Position numbers and translations under genes: made by a program. The notes beneath the pieces are model-generated. The model was not told where the DNA came from, made no database searches, and was given only the letters and a program-made list of their open reading frames with translations. This document shows, piece by piece, positions 10,340 through 21,696 of a stretch of DNA of 64,000 bases (its first letter is position 1; every line of letters starts with the position of its first letter). Source of the stretch: an uncultured Hormoscilla sp. (lineage in GTDB: Bacteria > Cyanobacteriota > Cyanobacteriia > Cyanobacteriales > Desertifilaceae); assembly GCA_963921275.4 (NCBI GenBank), contig OZ001293.3, positions 1,952,001-2,016,000 on the forward strand. The letters are read 5' to 3'.

Positions 10340-10946
10340 AACTGCTGTCTGACCCAAGTTTTGAAAGACTCCATCATGGGCAGTTCCCCAATTTCCCAAC
10401 TTTTTTCTAGAAACCTAGGTATTTCTCTCACGGGCAGATTGGCAAAGGTAGGAGAGCCAGTGCAGGGTACATATCGTCCTTCTTGCATTTGGTAAATCTG
10501 CATCACTTGTTCCTCGTAGCGCCACAGTTCGGGAACTCCCAATCCGGCATAAATTAGCTGTCTGTCAACAGATGACTTTTTATAATCTACTTCTATCACT
10601 AAGTCAAGTCAAGTTCTTTTTTGTTTCTCATCAGCGGTTCGTTCTGAATGTAGAATCCTGAGTCTGGTTCCGCCCCCCGCATTAAATCTGGACGATTACA
10701 GGTTACGGAAACTACAGTTTTCAGGTTAAGCTTTAATTCCGTAGCTAATATCACTATCAGGTTTTAAATCAATCTTTTCCAGTTTTCGTGACGTAAAGAA
10801 GGACTCATTATTTCTAACATTCCTCGATCGTAAGCAACTCTCGTGACGAGATCGTTCCCCATTTCTGCCAGCATGGCTACATATGTTGGCCAACTGATGT
10901 TTTTCAACATTACCCGCTCGGATGTAGTTTTGCAAGTCATGACCAT
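10340..10946 (-). pseudogene. Uma2/DUF820 endonuclease pseudogene
   Basis: LKNISWPTY...RVAYDRGMLEIMSP...HE; GAEPD; LVIEVD...IYAGLGVPELWRY split over frames. Confidence 0.85.
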
Positions 10947-11277
10947 AGCACTAAATAGTTCGTATTTCGTATTTCGTATTTGGTAAAACCATGCTACAAT
11001 TATTTTAATCATCATCCTATTATCATCCTATTATACCATTTTGATTTAATGATGATACAGTTAGTAGACACCTCAACGGCGGATCGTAGCCTCCGAGCCG
11101 ATCCCCCTGGGAAAGGGGGGGGTTTTCGACCGCTGTTTCATCGCTTAATAAAATTGAGATTACAGACTTTCATTTGTAGCAACCTTTTTCCAAAATGGTA
11201 TTAGTCGGTTAAAACCGACTTTAGCTATTAGCCGGGGGTGTTAACCCCCGGCGGGCTAACAGCGAAGACAAATGCTA

Positions 11278-14200
11278 TTAGCTTGTCGCCGCCGCAGTCG
11301 CAGAATCTGAATTTTTGGTCAGGCGAGAAATCAACCGCCAGATTTCCCCTATCCACAGTACTACGGAAGTGCCACCGATAATTATTAACCAATCATGCAA
11401 GGATATTGGTACGGTGCGGAAAAAGTCGCCCCCAAATTGCACCATCAATATTTGACCGACGAAAATCAGTAAGGCAATGGTGATAAACCCTCGGTTTTCC
11501 CATACCTTGGAGAAGGCGGAATTGTTCAAGCCAAAGCATTTGGCATTGAACATATTCCAGAATTGTAACATGACGAAGGTGCTGAAGAACAGGGATAGTT
11601 CGTAGGGATTAACATCGCCATCTTGCTGGATCTTCAGCAGGAAGCCAACTAGAAACACCAGAAAGATGATGCCCACACTGAATATACTCACGGCCATCGG
11701 TTTGGAGATGATAAAGGCTTCTGGATCCCGTGGGGGATCGTTCATTACTTTCTCGCTGGGTGGTTCCGTTGCTAGGGCTAAGGCCGCAAAGGTATCCATG
11801 ATCAAGTTTACCCATAACAGCTGCACTACGGTCAACGGCAAGTTGATGCCGATGAAGGGCCCTAATAAGGCGATGAAACATGCAGCTACGTTGATGGTAG
11901 ACTGGAATAAGATGAATTTCTGGATGTTCTGGTAGAGCGATCGCCCCCACATGACGGCATTTTCGATACTGCCGAAGGAGTCATCCAGAATAATGATATC
12001 ACTGGCTTCCTTGGCAACGGAAGTCCCGGTGCGTCCCATTGCTAAACCAACTTGGGCTTGATTTAATGCTGGGGCATCATTGGTGCCGTCTCCAGTCACT
12101 GCTACTACTTGACCGCTATCTTGCAGCAGCTTCACTAACCGCAGCTTGTCTAATGGACGAGATCGGGCTAAGACCTTCAACTTCATGGCCGCTGCTTTAG
12201 CGGTTCGATCGTCCATCGCCGCAAATTCGGGACCGGTCAGGAAGCAGTCGGACGGATCGTTTTCCTTTGCTAAGCCGATCGCCCGGGCAACTTCCTTAGC
12301 TGTGGGTAAGATATCTCCAGTGACTACCTTTACCATCACTCCTGCCTGTTGACAGACAGCCACAGCAGCAGGTACGTCGGGACGGACCGGATCCGCGATC
12401 GCGGCAAACCCCAGCCAGATCTGATCTCGTGCCAGGTTATCAATCTCGACCCCTTCAACATACTCCACATTTTCCCGGTAGGCAAGCCCCAAGGTCCGCA
12501 TCCCCCGTTCTTGATATGAGTTAAGTTCTGCTGCTATGGACTGCTTTTCCCCTAGGGGCTGAATGCCGTCCGGGGTGAGAATGGAGTTACAGCGATCGAG
12601 GAGAATTTCCGGGGCACCTTTAATATGCAGGATGCTGTTACCCGTAACCAGGGAATTTCCCAGGGTTGCCATGTACTTGCGTTCCGTGGAGAAAGTCCAT
12701 TGATAGGTAATGGGAAACTCCTCCCGCTTTTCAAAGTAGGGTACTTCCCGATCGTCCAACCATAACAGCAGGGCCCCTTCGGTGGGGTTCCCCAGGACCG
12801 TTGGGACGGCGCCCGGTTTTTTCTCTAAATTAGCGGTCGTGTTGACAGTAATGGCTTCTACTACCAGCAAGCCTGCATCCTTGAGAGTATCTGCGGTAAT
12901 TTCTCCTGTCAAGTAAGGAATCTTGATGTCGAAAACCCGCATGGCATTCAGAGTCAGGGTGCCCGTTTTATCCGAACAGATCGCCGTAGCTGCGCCGATG
13001 GTTTCGCAAGCATTCATCCGCCGCACCAGGTTATTCTGCTGGGTCATCTTGCGCATGCTGTAGGCGAGAGAGAGGGTGACACTCAAGGCTAAACCTTCGG
13101 GGACCGCGACTACGATGATCGTCACCGCGATCATAAAGTAAGTGAGAAATTCCGTCGCCACATGAGTGGGGATCCAATCGCTGGGAGACTGGGGTATCCA
13201 GTTAAAAGCATAACCCAGACCTATGCCCGCACCAAACAGGGCTAATGCTAAACCGATATTGATCGCCCATCCCAACAGACTTTCGTTTTCCAGCCATTCT
13301 GGGGGTTCCGTTTCTCCCCCTGTTAGAGAGATCGCATCGTAGACAATGGGTAACCAAACCCGGACTAACCCGATGACGATCGCGCTCACAGCGAGCAGTC
13401 CTGTAAAATACCATTGTCCCGGGGTCAGATTTAGATCTCCGGTCAGGATGCCCCGTACTATCAGGGCAATGTCGATCAGGACTGCCACTGCAAAGCCCAG
13501 AACTCCGATCAGTCTGCTGAGGCGGTCCAGTTGGATATTCAGGGGCGTATCTTGGTCCGACTCAATCGTCGCCGCCTGGGAGGTTTTGCCAATTTCCGTG
13601 CCGTCTCCCACCGCCGTCAGTTCCAGGGTAGCGCGTCCATCGGCAATAATGGTGCCCCGCAGGGCCTGATCGGGAGGATAGGCCGTTTCACGGGCAGCGG
13701 CATATTTATCAGCCATGTCCTTCGACACCTTCGGGATGCATGCAGCCGCGGCTGCGCTGCGCTGACACAAAAACCCCTCAGGTGTCGATGCCACCTTGGT
13801 GACGGGAACCCCTTCCCCAGTCAAGCTAGCTTCATTTACTTGCAGGGAAACCGCTTCCAGGACTTGACCGTCTGCGGGGACTTCTTCTCCAATCTCCAGA
13901 AATACGATATCTCCCACCACCAGGTCTTTCTTGGGGACCGTTGTAAAGTTGCCATCCCGAACCACCTTGATGGGAACCTCATCGTTGACTTGGTTGAGGA
14001 TCTCGAATTCCTCGTTGGCCTTGTATTCGTTAAAGAAGGCCACGGTGGTTGCCAGCAGGATGGCTATGACAATGCCTATGCCTTCGGTAATATTGCCATC
14101 GAAAATCCCGACCGCGATCGCCAGGAAAGCCGCGACCATGAGAATGCGGATGATCGGGTCTTCAAATTTTTCCAGAAACAGTTGCCACCAAGGGTCTCGT

Positions 14201-14307
14201 TCCGGTGGTGTCAAGAGGTTGGAGCCATATTTTTGCCGAGAGGACTCCACTTCCGCCGCCGTCAGACCTTGGAAGATTTTGGGATTGCGTTCTACAGTTA
14301 CTGTCAT
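11278..14307 (-). CDS. Calcium-translocating P-type ATPase (PMCA/P2B-like)
   Basis: VAVPEGL, DKTGTLT, KGAPE, VTGDGTNDAPAL, QLLWVNLIMDT motifs. Confidence 0.95.
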   Translation of the reverse strand: MTVTVERNPKIFQGLTAAEVESSRQKYGSNLLTPPERDPWWQLFLEKFEDPIIRILMVAAFLAIAVGIFDGNITEGIGIVIAILLATTVAFFNEYKANEEFEILNQVNDEVPIKVVRDGNFTTVPKKDLVVGDIVFLEIGEEVPADGQVLEAVSLQVNEASLTGEGVPVTKVASTPEGFLCQRSAAAAACIPKVSKDMADKYAAARETAYPPDQALRGTIIADGRATLELTAVGDGTEIGKTSQAATIESDQDTPLNIQLDRLSRLIGVLGFAVAVLIDIALIVRGILTGDLNLTPGQWYFTGLLAVSAIVIGLVRVWLPIVYDAISLTGGETEPPEWLENESLLGWAINIGLALALFGAGIGLGYAFNWIPQSPSDWIPTHVATEFLTYFMIAVTIIVVAVPEGLALSVTLSLAYSMRKMTQQNNLVRRMNACETIGAATAICSDKTGTLTLNAMRVFDIKIPYLTGEITADTLKDAGLLVVEAITVNTTANLEKKPGAVPTVLGNPTEGALLLWLDDREVPYFEKREEFPITYQWTFSTERKYMATLGNSLVTGNSILHIKGAPEILLDRCNSILTPDGIQPLGEKQSIAAELNSYQERGMRTLGLAYRENVEYVEGVEIDNLARDQIWLGFAAIADPVRPDVPAAVAVCQQAGVMVKVVTGDILPTAKEVARAIGLAKENDPSDCFLTGPEFAAMDDRTAKAAAMKLKVLARSRPLDKLRLVKLLQDSGQVVAVTGDGTNDAPALNQAQVGLAMGRTGTSVAKEASDIIILDDSFGSIENAVMWGRSLYQNIQKFILFQSTINVAACFIALLGPFIGINLPLTVVQLLWVNLIMDTFAALALATEPPSEKVMNDPPRDPEAFIISKPMAVSIFSVGIIFLVFLVGFLLKIQQDGDVNPYELSLFFSTFVMLQFWNMFNAKCFGLNNSAFSKVWENRGFITIALLIFVGQILMVQFGGDFFRTVPISLHDWLIIIGGTSVVLWIGEIWRLISRLTKNSDSATAAATS

Positions 14308-14369
14308 GCTACTCTCTTGTCTTACTCTGGGGTAAAGCCACAGGTGTATGTTCTAGCGGCCTGAGTTGC

Positions 14370-14815
14370 CGTCTGTGTCCCCCGGGTAGTGCGAGTACGA
14401 TGTCTCCTGGGTAGTGCGAGTAGCGCTCCCAAGGGATACCGAAAGCTTCCGGGGGGCACAGTACATTCCTTAGTATAAACCTTACTGTATAGAACGCCTA
14501 GTGTTGACAACCGATACAGCCACTGCGTAGGACAGGCGTCTCCCTTCGGGACTTGCTTGGACCAGGGATGGGCTATGGCTACACTCATTAGCTGACAAAT
14601 CATGGTTTTTATCCCAATGGCGAGATTTTTTTGCTGAATATTCATGGTTAACACCTCAAGCACGAGCTTTTTTTGCTAAATATTCATGGTTAACACCTCA
14701 AGCACGAGCTTTTTTGTACGATGTCCTCCCTTTTGTGCGATTAGCGCTCCCCGAGGACATCTCGATATCTCTGGGGTAGTGCGAGTAGCGCGTCCCCTCT
14801 GGGGGATATCGAAGA
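14370..14815. repeat. Cluster of nested hairpin micro-elements (14370-14460, 14718-14812) around a 42-bp tandem duplication (14626-14709)
   Basis: Four TGCGA(G/T)TA cores; TTTTTTTGCT(G/A)AATATTCATGGTTAACACCTCAAGCACGAGC x2. Confidence 0.8.
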
Positions 14816-14838
14816 GCGACCAGGAGTTAAGTAAGCGA

Positions 14839-15576
14839 ATGTGGGCAATTATTAGTGGCATTGAAGGAAATTTGGCAGCCTATGAAGCGGTAATCGCTGA
14901 CTGGAAACGCTCCGCGGTTCCAGTGACAGACATTTATATTATTGGAGATGTTGTTGGACCGAGACCGGAAAGCGAAGCTGTTGTCTCCCGCTTGCGTTCC
15001 TCGCGATCGAGAGAAATTGCACCGCAAGTTTGCATCGGCTAGTGGGAGGAACAATGTTTTGCTCTGCATGGGGTTGGTGCAACTGCCGATGGCGCTACGC
15101 TGGGCGCGCAGCGCAATCCGACAGAATTGCGAGATCGCTATGGTGGCGAGGTGATCGAACGGCCTTGGAATAGTGTTTCCCGCGAGACTGTACAATCGTT
15201 GCGAGGGTTGCATTTTGGCTTTGTGGAATTGGATTCCTTGCTGATTCACGGTAGTAGTATCAGCGTTAGTGAGGAACTCACTCCGGAAACTCCTCCTTGG
15301 CAAATGCTAGACCGCTTGCAACGGGTTGAAGTGAATAACTTATTTTGCGGTCGTTCGGGTCGGATCTTCGAGTACGAATTGCAAGAAGGGGCAATTTCAG
15401 CGGTAGTAACGACTTTGGAAACTGAGCAAACTCCACAAAAGATAACCTTAAACAAACGGCGGGTGATTGGTGTGGGAAGCGTTGGCAGAGAACCTGGCGA
15501 GGCGAGTTACGTTCTCTAGCATCCCGGTGGGGACGCGCTAGAATTCAAAACGACTCTTTACGATGGTATAAGATAA
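14839..15576 (+). pseudogene. Metallophosphoesterase-like pseudogene
   Basis: WAIISGIEGNLAAYEAV...IGDVVGP; LLIHGS; LFCGRSG; GVGSVG; in-frame stops at ~15040 and ~15517 plus a repeat insertion at ~15092. Confidence 0.8.
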
Positions 15577-15659
15577 CTGTGGTAGATTCTGAAACATTTC
15601 CCCCCGATTTTTCGGGCCGTCCGCGGACCGATCGCAAGGAGGAAAACTACGCTCCATAA

Positions 15660-16113
15660 GGACCGTAAAGGACGTTGTATCGTCAACCACTCTATGGAAA
15701 CAGGGAGCGATCGCATTCGTAATATTGTTCTCGGGAAGCGGAATTTCTCCCGCCTGGACGAAGTTTTTGGGAAGCGGGTGGATATACACGAAGGATTGGA
15801 GAATAGGTCGGGAGATTGTTATCGTCAAAAACTACGGGAAACTCCCGCCAGTCCACTGCTATGCCAGTCAACTAAATCAAGTGTTTATGCATATTCTCAC
15901 CAACGCGATCTTCCAGTCCAGGCATTTGACCTATTCTTCACAACCAAACCAGTCGGTTTTGGAACTGGACTGGGGTTATCAATTAGTTACCAAATTATCA
16001 CCGAGCAGCATGGAGGGCAGTTGTTGCATTGTATTTCCCAACCGGGACAAGGCACAGAATTTATAATAGACATTCCGATTCAGCGCGATATGGTCCGTAG
16101 TTTGATAGAATAG
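15660..16113 (+). pseudogene. Histidine kinase HATPase_c C-terminal remnant
   Basis: QLNQVFMHILTNAI (N box) and FFTTKPVGFGTGLGLSISYQII (F/G2 boxes) in different frames. Confidence 0.8.
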
Positions 16114-16141
16114 CACAGCATCAATTATTCTATGGGGTGGT

Positions 16142-18700
16142 ATGTATAATTCGGACCGTAGTCCATCATCGGTAGTAGTAGCTTCAGAGGCTTCGGATTA
16201 CCACTCTGGGACAGACACTCCGACTGACAGGTGGGTAGAAGTCTTGGTGGACGGGCCACCCGAACTGGATGTAAATTTATATACATACCACATACCGCCA
16301 GATTTGTCAATAGTGTCGGGGGATATATTGCAGGTGCCGTTTGGACCGCAGCAGTTGGGGGCGATCGCCATTAGGCTGCTGGATAAACCCCCCGCTGGGT
16401 TGGCCCCGGAGAAAATTCGGGATGTTCGAGATGTCGTCAGCCCGGGGTTCTTCCCGCCTACCTACTGGCAGCTATTAAACCGGGTAGCTTCTTACTACCA
16501 TACGGAACTGATGCGGGTGATTAGAATAGCCCTACCGCCGGGACTGTTGCGGCGATCGCAGCGTCGGATCCGCTTCACCCCCTCTTACCCAGGGGGAAAG
16601 GCGATCGCCGATGACCCCTTCCTAACACCGGTGGCGCGGCAGCTGCTGGAGGTGCTGGAGTCGAGCAAAACGGGGGATATGTCTTGGAAAGGGATCCAGG
16701 GTCAGGTGAAAGGTGCTAATCGGCCATTAAAGTCATTATTACAACGTGGGTGGGTCCAAAGTTATCTGGAACCGCCGAAACTCTCCCGCCCAAAACTGCA
16801 AAAAGCTGTGATGCTAACTAGCGATACTTTTACTCGGGAGTTGACGAAGCGACAGCAGGAAGTCTTAGGGGTTCTCAGACAGCGGGGCGGCGAATTGTGG
16901 TTGTCTGAGTTACTACAGATATCTAAGGCTAGTTCTAGTATAGTCAAAGCCTTGGAAAAAAAGGGTTGCATTGCGATCGAAGAACGGGAAGTGTTGCGGC
17001 GAGATATGGGAGTCGCTCAAAGAAGCGATCGCCCCAAAGTCCTTACCGAAGCTCAAACCAAAGTCCTTGATATCATTACTAAACAAACGAGATACTCCCT
17101 GCTGTTGCTTCACGGCGTTACCGGTTCGGGAAAAACTGAAGTATACTTGCAGGCGATCACCCCGATCTTAGCCAGCGGGCGATCGGCCCTGGTGCTGGTT
17201 CCCGAAATTGGACTTACCCCCCAACTGACCGATCGATTTCGGGCCCGTTTTGGTTCGGGGAAAATTTTTGTTTATCACAGCGCCCTCTCCGATGGCGAAC
17301 GCTACGATACCTGGCGACAAATGCTGATGGGCATTCCTCAAATCGTGATTGGCACCCGATCTGCAGTTTTTGCCCCCCTACCCAAGCTAGGTTTAATTAT
17401 CCTAGATGAAGAACATGACAGCAGCTTTAAGGAAGACCAACGCAGTCCCACTTACCATGCTCGCACTGTAGCTGCTTGGCGGGCAGAATTAGAAAATTGT
17501 CCCCTCCTCCTCGGTTCCGCCACTCCTTCTTTGTTAACCTGGGCAAGTGTAACTCGCAGCGCCCAATTTCTCTCCTTCCCAGGACTGGAGAGTCCAGAGG
17601 AACCCACTCCTAAATATTACCTTTCTCTAGCAGAACGCATTGCCCAGCGGCCCATGCCGCCAGTAGAAATAGTTGATATGCGGCCAGAGTTCCAGGCCGG
17701 AAATCGCTCCATATTTAGTCGTTCCCTGCAAAAGGAGTTACAAAGATTAATCCATGAAAAGAAACAGGGAATTTTATTCATCCATCGGCGGGGACACAGT
17801 ACCTTTGTTGCTTGCCGCAGTTGCGGGTATGTGATGGAATGTCCTCACTGCGATGTCTCTTTATCCTATCACTACACCCACGAAGGGGCAACCCAACTGT
17901 TGCGCTGTCATTACTGCAATTATACACAAGTCCAACCTCAGCAATGTCCAGAATGTAATTCCCCCTACCTGAAACATTTTGGCAGTGGAACTCAGAAAGT
18001 TGCCCTAGAATTAGCTAAACATTACCCATCCCTGCGGTGCATCAGATTTGATAGCGATACCACTCGGACCAAAGATGCCCATCGGACATTGCTCACCCAA
18101 TTTGCTAATGGGAAAGCTGATATCCTGCTGGGAACGCAAATGCTGACCAAAGGACTAGATATAGCAGCAGTAACTCTGGTGGGGGCGATCTCCGCTGATG
18201 GATTATTACATTTCGCCGATTATCGAGCTAATGAGAGGGCATTTCAAATATTAGCGCAAGTGGCAGGTCGTGCGGGTCGTGGCGACGAGGATCCTGGTAA
18301 GGTAATTATTCAGACTTATTCGCCAGAACATCCAGTAATTCAAACTGTGCAGCATCATGATTACTGGTCTTTCGTGGATAGGGAATTAGCAGAACGGGCT
18401 GAGTTCAATTATCCTCCCTACGGACGCTTGATTTTATTACGACTGAGTGGTTTAGATTTAGCGGAGGTGGAAGCAACTGCCCAAAAGTTGGCACAGGTGC
18501 TGACTCCCCAGAATGATGATTACCAACTGTTGGGACCAGCACCAGCTACGATTCTGCGGGTAGCTAATCGTTATCGCTGGCATATTTTGCTGAAATTTTC
18601 TCCAGTAAATCCCGTACAGTTACCAGATTTGATGGAGTTGCGCAGCCATTGTCCCCCTTCTGTTAGTATCATGATAGATGTTGATCCTCTGCAATGGTGA
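16142..18700 (+). CDS. priA: Primosomal protein N' (PriA helicase)
   Basis: GVTGSGKT, DEEH, SAT, two Cys-rich zinc motifs, QVAGRAGR, IDVDP. Confidence 0.98.
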   Translation: MYNSDRSPSSVVVASEASDYHSGTDTPTDRWVEVLVDGPPELDVNLYTYHIPPDLSIVSGDILQVPFGPQQLGAIAIRLLDKPPAGLAPEKIRDVRDVVSPGFFPPTYWQLLNRVASYYHTELMRVIRIALPPGLLRRSQRRIRFTPSYPGGKAIADDPFLTPVARQLLEVLESSKTGDMSWKGIQGQVKGANRPLKSLLQRGWVQSYLEPPKLSRPKLQKAVMLTSDTFTRELTKRQQEVLGVLRQRGGELWLSELLQISKASSSIVKALEKKGCIAIEEREVLRRDMGVAQRSDRPKVLTEAQTKVLDIITKQTRYSLLLLHGVTGSGKTEVYLQAITPILASGRSALVLVPEIGLTPQLTDRFRARFGSGKIFVYHSALSDGERYDTWRQMLMGIPQIVIGTRSAVFAPLPKLGLIILDEEHDSSFKEDQRSPTYHARTVAAWRAELENCPLLLGSATPSLLTWASVTRSAQFLSFPGLESPEEPTPKYYLSLAERIAQRPMPPVEIVDMRPEFQAGNRSIFSRSLQKELQRLIHEKKQGILFIHRRGHSTFVACRSCGYVMECPHCDVSLSYHYTHEGATQLLRCHYCNYTQVQPQQCPECNSPYLKHFGSGTQKVALELAKHYPSLRCIRFDSDTTRTKDAHRTLLTQFANGKADILLGTQMLTKGLDIAAVTLVGAISADGLLHFADYRANERAFQILAQVAGRAGRGDEDPGKVIIQTYSPEHPVIQTVQHHDYWSFVDRELAERAEFNYPPYGRLILLRLSGLDLAEVEATAQKLAQVLTPQNDDYQLLGPAPATILRVANRYRWHILLKFSPVNPVQLPDLMELRSHCPPSVSIMIDVDPLQW

Positions 18701-18931
18701 CTGGCGAAGGGGGATTGGAAAAGGGGACCGGCACCAGCGAGAGAGATGATATAGGTGGCTAATCGCGATCGCCAGGCGCAGCGCGATACTGTCCGAGAAA
18801 CACGCGCCTAGCAGTCTGCTCATCGAAAGCCGAAGGGGCCGGAGTAAGAATAAAATATTTGATGAAATCTATCTGCTAGATTGGCATGGTAACAGCAAAA
18901 AAAGTTGATTTAGATCTTTTGGAGAAGCAAT

Positions 18932-19165
18932 ATGCAAGTGACAATAGAAACAATAGAGCAAGAAATAGAACAATTTAACGAGGAGCAACTGAAACAAATA
19001 GCAGAATTTATTAAATTGATAAAATTTCGCACTATATACCAGAAAAGCGTGACGGATATGAATCAATTTGCTAGCCTCTACTAAGAATTTGCGACTGACG
19101 ATCGGGAACTAGCAGAAGTCGGGATGACAGATTATGCTAATCAGTTACAACAAGAGGATAAATAA
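18932..19165 (+). pseudogene. Small antitoxin-like protein (DUF2281-like) with a premature stop
   Basis: GGAGA RBS; EEQLKQIAEFIKLIK...ASLY*EFATDDRELAEVGMTDY; in-frame TAA at 19082. Confidence 0.5.
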
Positions 19166-19482
19166 TGTAGTGCAGAACTCACTGTTTGTATGAAATATAG
19201 CTACGGTGTATCACCAAGCACACCAGACGGGAAAATAATAAAAAAATTATTGTCATACACTTGACAGAATGCAGTTCCATGAGTTAAGCTAAGAAAAGAC
19301 GCTCGCTCGGAGAAGATGCTACTCAAAGCCAAGTTAGACAGGCTTTCCTGTAAACAGATCGACTGACTCTATTTCCAGTTAAGCAATTCAAAATTCAAAA
19401 TGGGGAAAGTCATTGATAGCAAGGTTTTCAGCATTTGGATCCATGCAATTTAAATGCGCGACAGCTTACAACAAGATAAACT

Positions 19483-19966
19483 ATGCCACCTGAATATCGA
19501 ATTTACCTGGATGTATGTTGCTGGAATCGTCCATTTGATGATTTTTCTCAGGAGCGAATTCGGCTAGAGGCAGAGGCGGTTTTGCTAATCTATAAAAATT
19601 CCGGTTGGGAATATGGATGCTTTTGAGTAGTGATATTGTTGAAGCTGAATTACGCAAAACGATAGGCAAAGACTGGAGTTGCTCATGGCTGCATTAGCAA
19701 TTGCAAAATCCAAAATTAAATTAGACGATACCATCAAAAAAAGAGCTGCAATCTTGGTTGAGCTTGGCTTTAAGCCATTTGATGCGACTCACATTGCTAG
19801 CGCAGAAGCAGCTAACGCTGATGTTTTTCTCACAACGGACGATCGCCTGCTCCGAAATGCTCAACGACATTTAGGTAATTTGAGGACTTCTGTTCAAAAT
19901 CCTGTATATTGGCTCATTGCAATCAACCAAAACGAGGAGGGAGGCGAAAATGAAGACACCTATTAA
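19483..19966 (+). pseudogene. PIN-domain (VapC-like) toxin pseudogene
   Basis: [27 protein letters not shown] then frameshift; FDATHIASAE...FLTTDDRLL. Confidence 0.85.
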
Positions 19967-20150
19967 AATTAATCGCATGGGCTATGAGGCGCTTATGAAT
20001 GCTCTTGGCTTTGATGGCACGATCTGATTTTTGCGTCAGTTCGATCCGGGCAAGGGGGACTACACTACTGAGCGGCATCAACGACTTAATAAAATTCCCC
20101 TAGAAGAAATTTTTACGGATATTGAAGCCAATGACTCAGCAGACCACCGT
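19950..20150 (+). pseudogene. Small PIN-associated partner gene, pseudogene
   Basis: Overlaps the PIN stop; GYEALMNALG...I*FLRQFDPGKGDYTTERH. Confidence 0.65.
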
Positions 20151-20343
20151 AGGTCGGAACTTCCTGTCGCAACTGCGGACTGAGCTAGTTCGTAGGTTGG
20201 GTTTCGTGCCTCAACCCAACCGATGCATCTCATTGTTGGCAGTTCGGAACTTGTCTGGGAGAGCAAGTATGACGAGTATGAAGATCCCCTGCTATGCAAA
20301 AGTGCGATCGCCCTGTAAACTCTATGAAAAGGAGAGAGGTACT

Positions 20344-20814
20344 ATGAGCCTGGAAACCGAGGTAAAAACATCTCTATATGAAACTGATTACCAAATGTGG
20401 CTAGAGAAAATACTGGCGCAGTTGAGAGTGGGTGATTTTACCAATATATATCTAGAGAATTTAATTGAGGAGATAGAAAATTTGGGTCAAAGCGATCGAC
20501 GCGCAATAGCTAGCTTTTTAAGGCGACTTTGCGAACACTTGCTCAAGATTAAATATTGGCAATCTGAGCGATAACTGTGTTTTAGAAGCTGTAATTTGGA
20601 GATTATAAATTTTCGCATTGAGATTATGGATATTCTCAAAGATAGCCCCAGCCTCAAAAACTTTCTCCAGGAAAATTTTGCTCGGGAATATGCTAAAGGG
20701 AGAAAGATATTCCTCAAAGCTAGCGGACTTGAGGCAAATCTCATCCCCGAACAACCCTGTTTTACCTTGGAACAGGCGCTCTTAGAAGACTGGCTCCCCT
20801 GGCAACCTGAATAG
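20344..20814 (+). pseudogene. DUF29 family pseudogene
   Basis: LYETDYQMW...ENLIEEIENLG..D...LCEHLLK; in-frame stop at 20572; DSPSLKN...PEQPCFTLEQAL. Confidence 0.85.
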
Positions 20815-20912
20815 TCCCATCCCCCTTGACAAGATGCGAGCTAATATATTATTATGAATGGCAAGTGATACTGCTGGGATACCAGCATTACCCTAGAGGA
20901 GAGTGTAGCGCT

Positions 20913-21327
20913 ATGCCAGCCAAAAATCTCTATCACGATGCAGTCAAGTCAGCCCTCATTAAAGCGGGTTGGGTAATTGTTGCCGACCCATACCGAATTC
21001 AAGACAAAGATTTTGATTGGTATGCTCAACAGGCTGCAGATCGCCCGATCGCAGCTGGAGGAGAAGGACGGAAAATCATAGTTGCGATTCAAAGATTTGT
21101 CGGGCGATCGCTGATGATTGACTTCCACCATGCAGTTGGGCAGTATGCCGTTTACCGCAGCCTGATGCAAGCAAGGTCGTCTGAATATCAGTTATATGGC
21201 AATTGACGACATTATCTATGAGAACTTATTCAAGCGCGAAGGAATTGCGTTTTTAACCAAAAAGAGTCAAATCAACCTACTGGTTGTGGATATCGAAGAA
21301 CAGGGGATCGTGGAATGGATAAGCTAG
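20913..21327 (+). pseudogene. xisH: XisH family protein, frameshifted
   Basis: MPAKNLYHDAVKSALIKAGW...DFHHAVGQY; frameshift near 21200. Confidence 0.85.
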
Positions 21328-21617
21328 CTTCTTACCGCAAGATCGTGCAAAAAATCCTGATTGAATATCAGCAATGGGCCGCTGGTGCAAATAAACCCGG
21401 AGTAACGCAGTGTGTTTCCTTTGATGAAGAACGAGGGCACTACTTCTGGTTTAATGTAGGCTGGGACGGTAAGCGTCGAGATTTTGGCGTGACAGTTTAT
21501 CTCAGGATCGAGCAAGGTAAAATCTGGATTGAAGAAGATTGGACGAAACAAGGCATTGCCAATGAGTTGCTAGATGCTGGAGTCCTCCCCGAAGATATTG
21601 TTCTAGCATCCCAGTAA
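21315..21617 (+). CDS. xisI: XisI family protein, C-terminus truncated
   Basis: MDKLASYR...GKIWIEEDWTKQGIANELLDAGVLPEDIVL. Confidence 0.8.
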   Translation: MDKLASYRKIVQKILIEYQQWAAGANKPGVTQCVSFDEERGHYFWFNVGWDGKRRDFGVTVYLRIEQGKIWIEEDWTKQGIANELLDAGVLPEDIVLASQ

Positions 21618-21696
21618 GCGACCTCTGACTGAATTTGCCACGGGTATCCCTTGACAAATGTGATATACTATTATTAAGAAGTGGAGGTGTAAGAAA

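Noticed and set aside
13531..14364. 277-aa antisense ORF, and similar shadow ORFs in infB, dnaK, bioU, mutS2 and the VIT gene
   Set aside because: Antisense shadows of well-supported genes with no independent evidence.
14308..14620. yybP-ykoY or other riboswitch upstream of the P-type ATPase
   Set aside because: The hairpins belong to the dispersed micro-element family; no riboswitch consensus recognised by eye (an Rfam scan would settle it).
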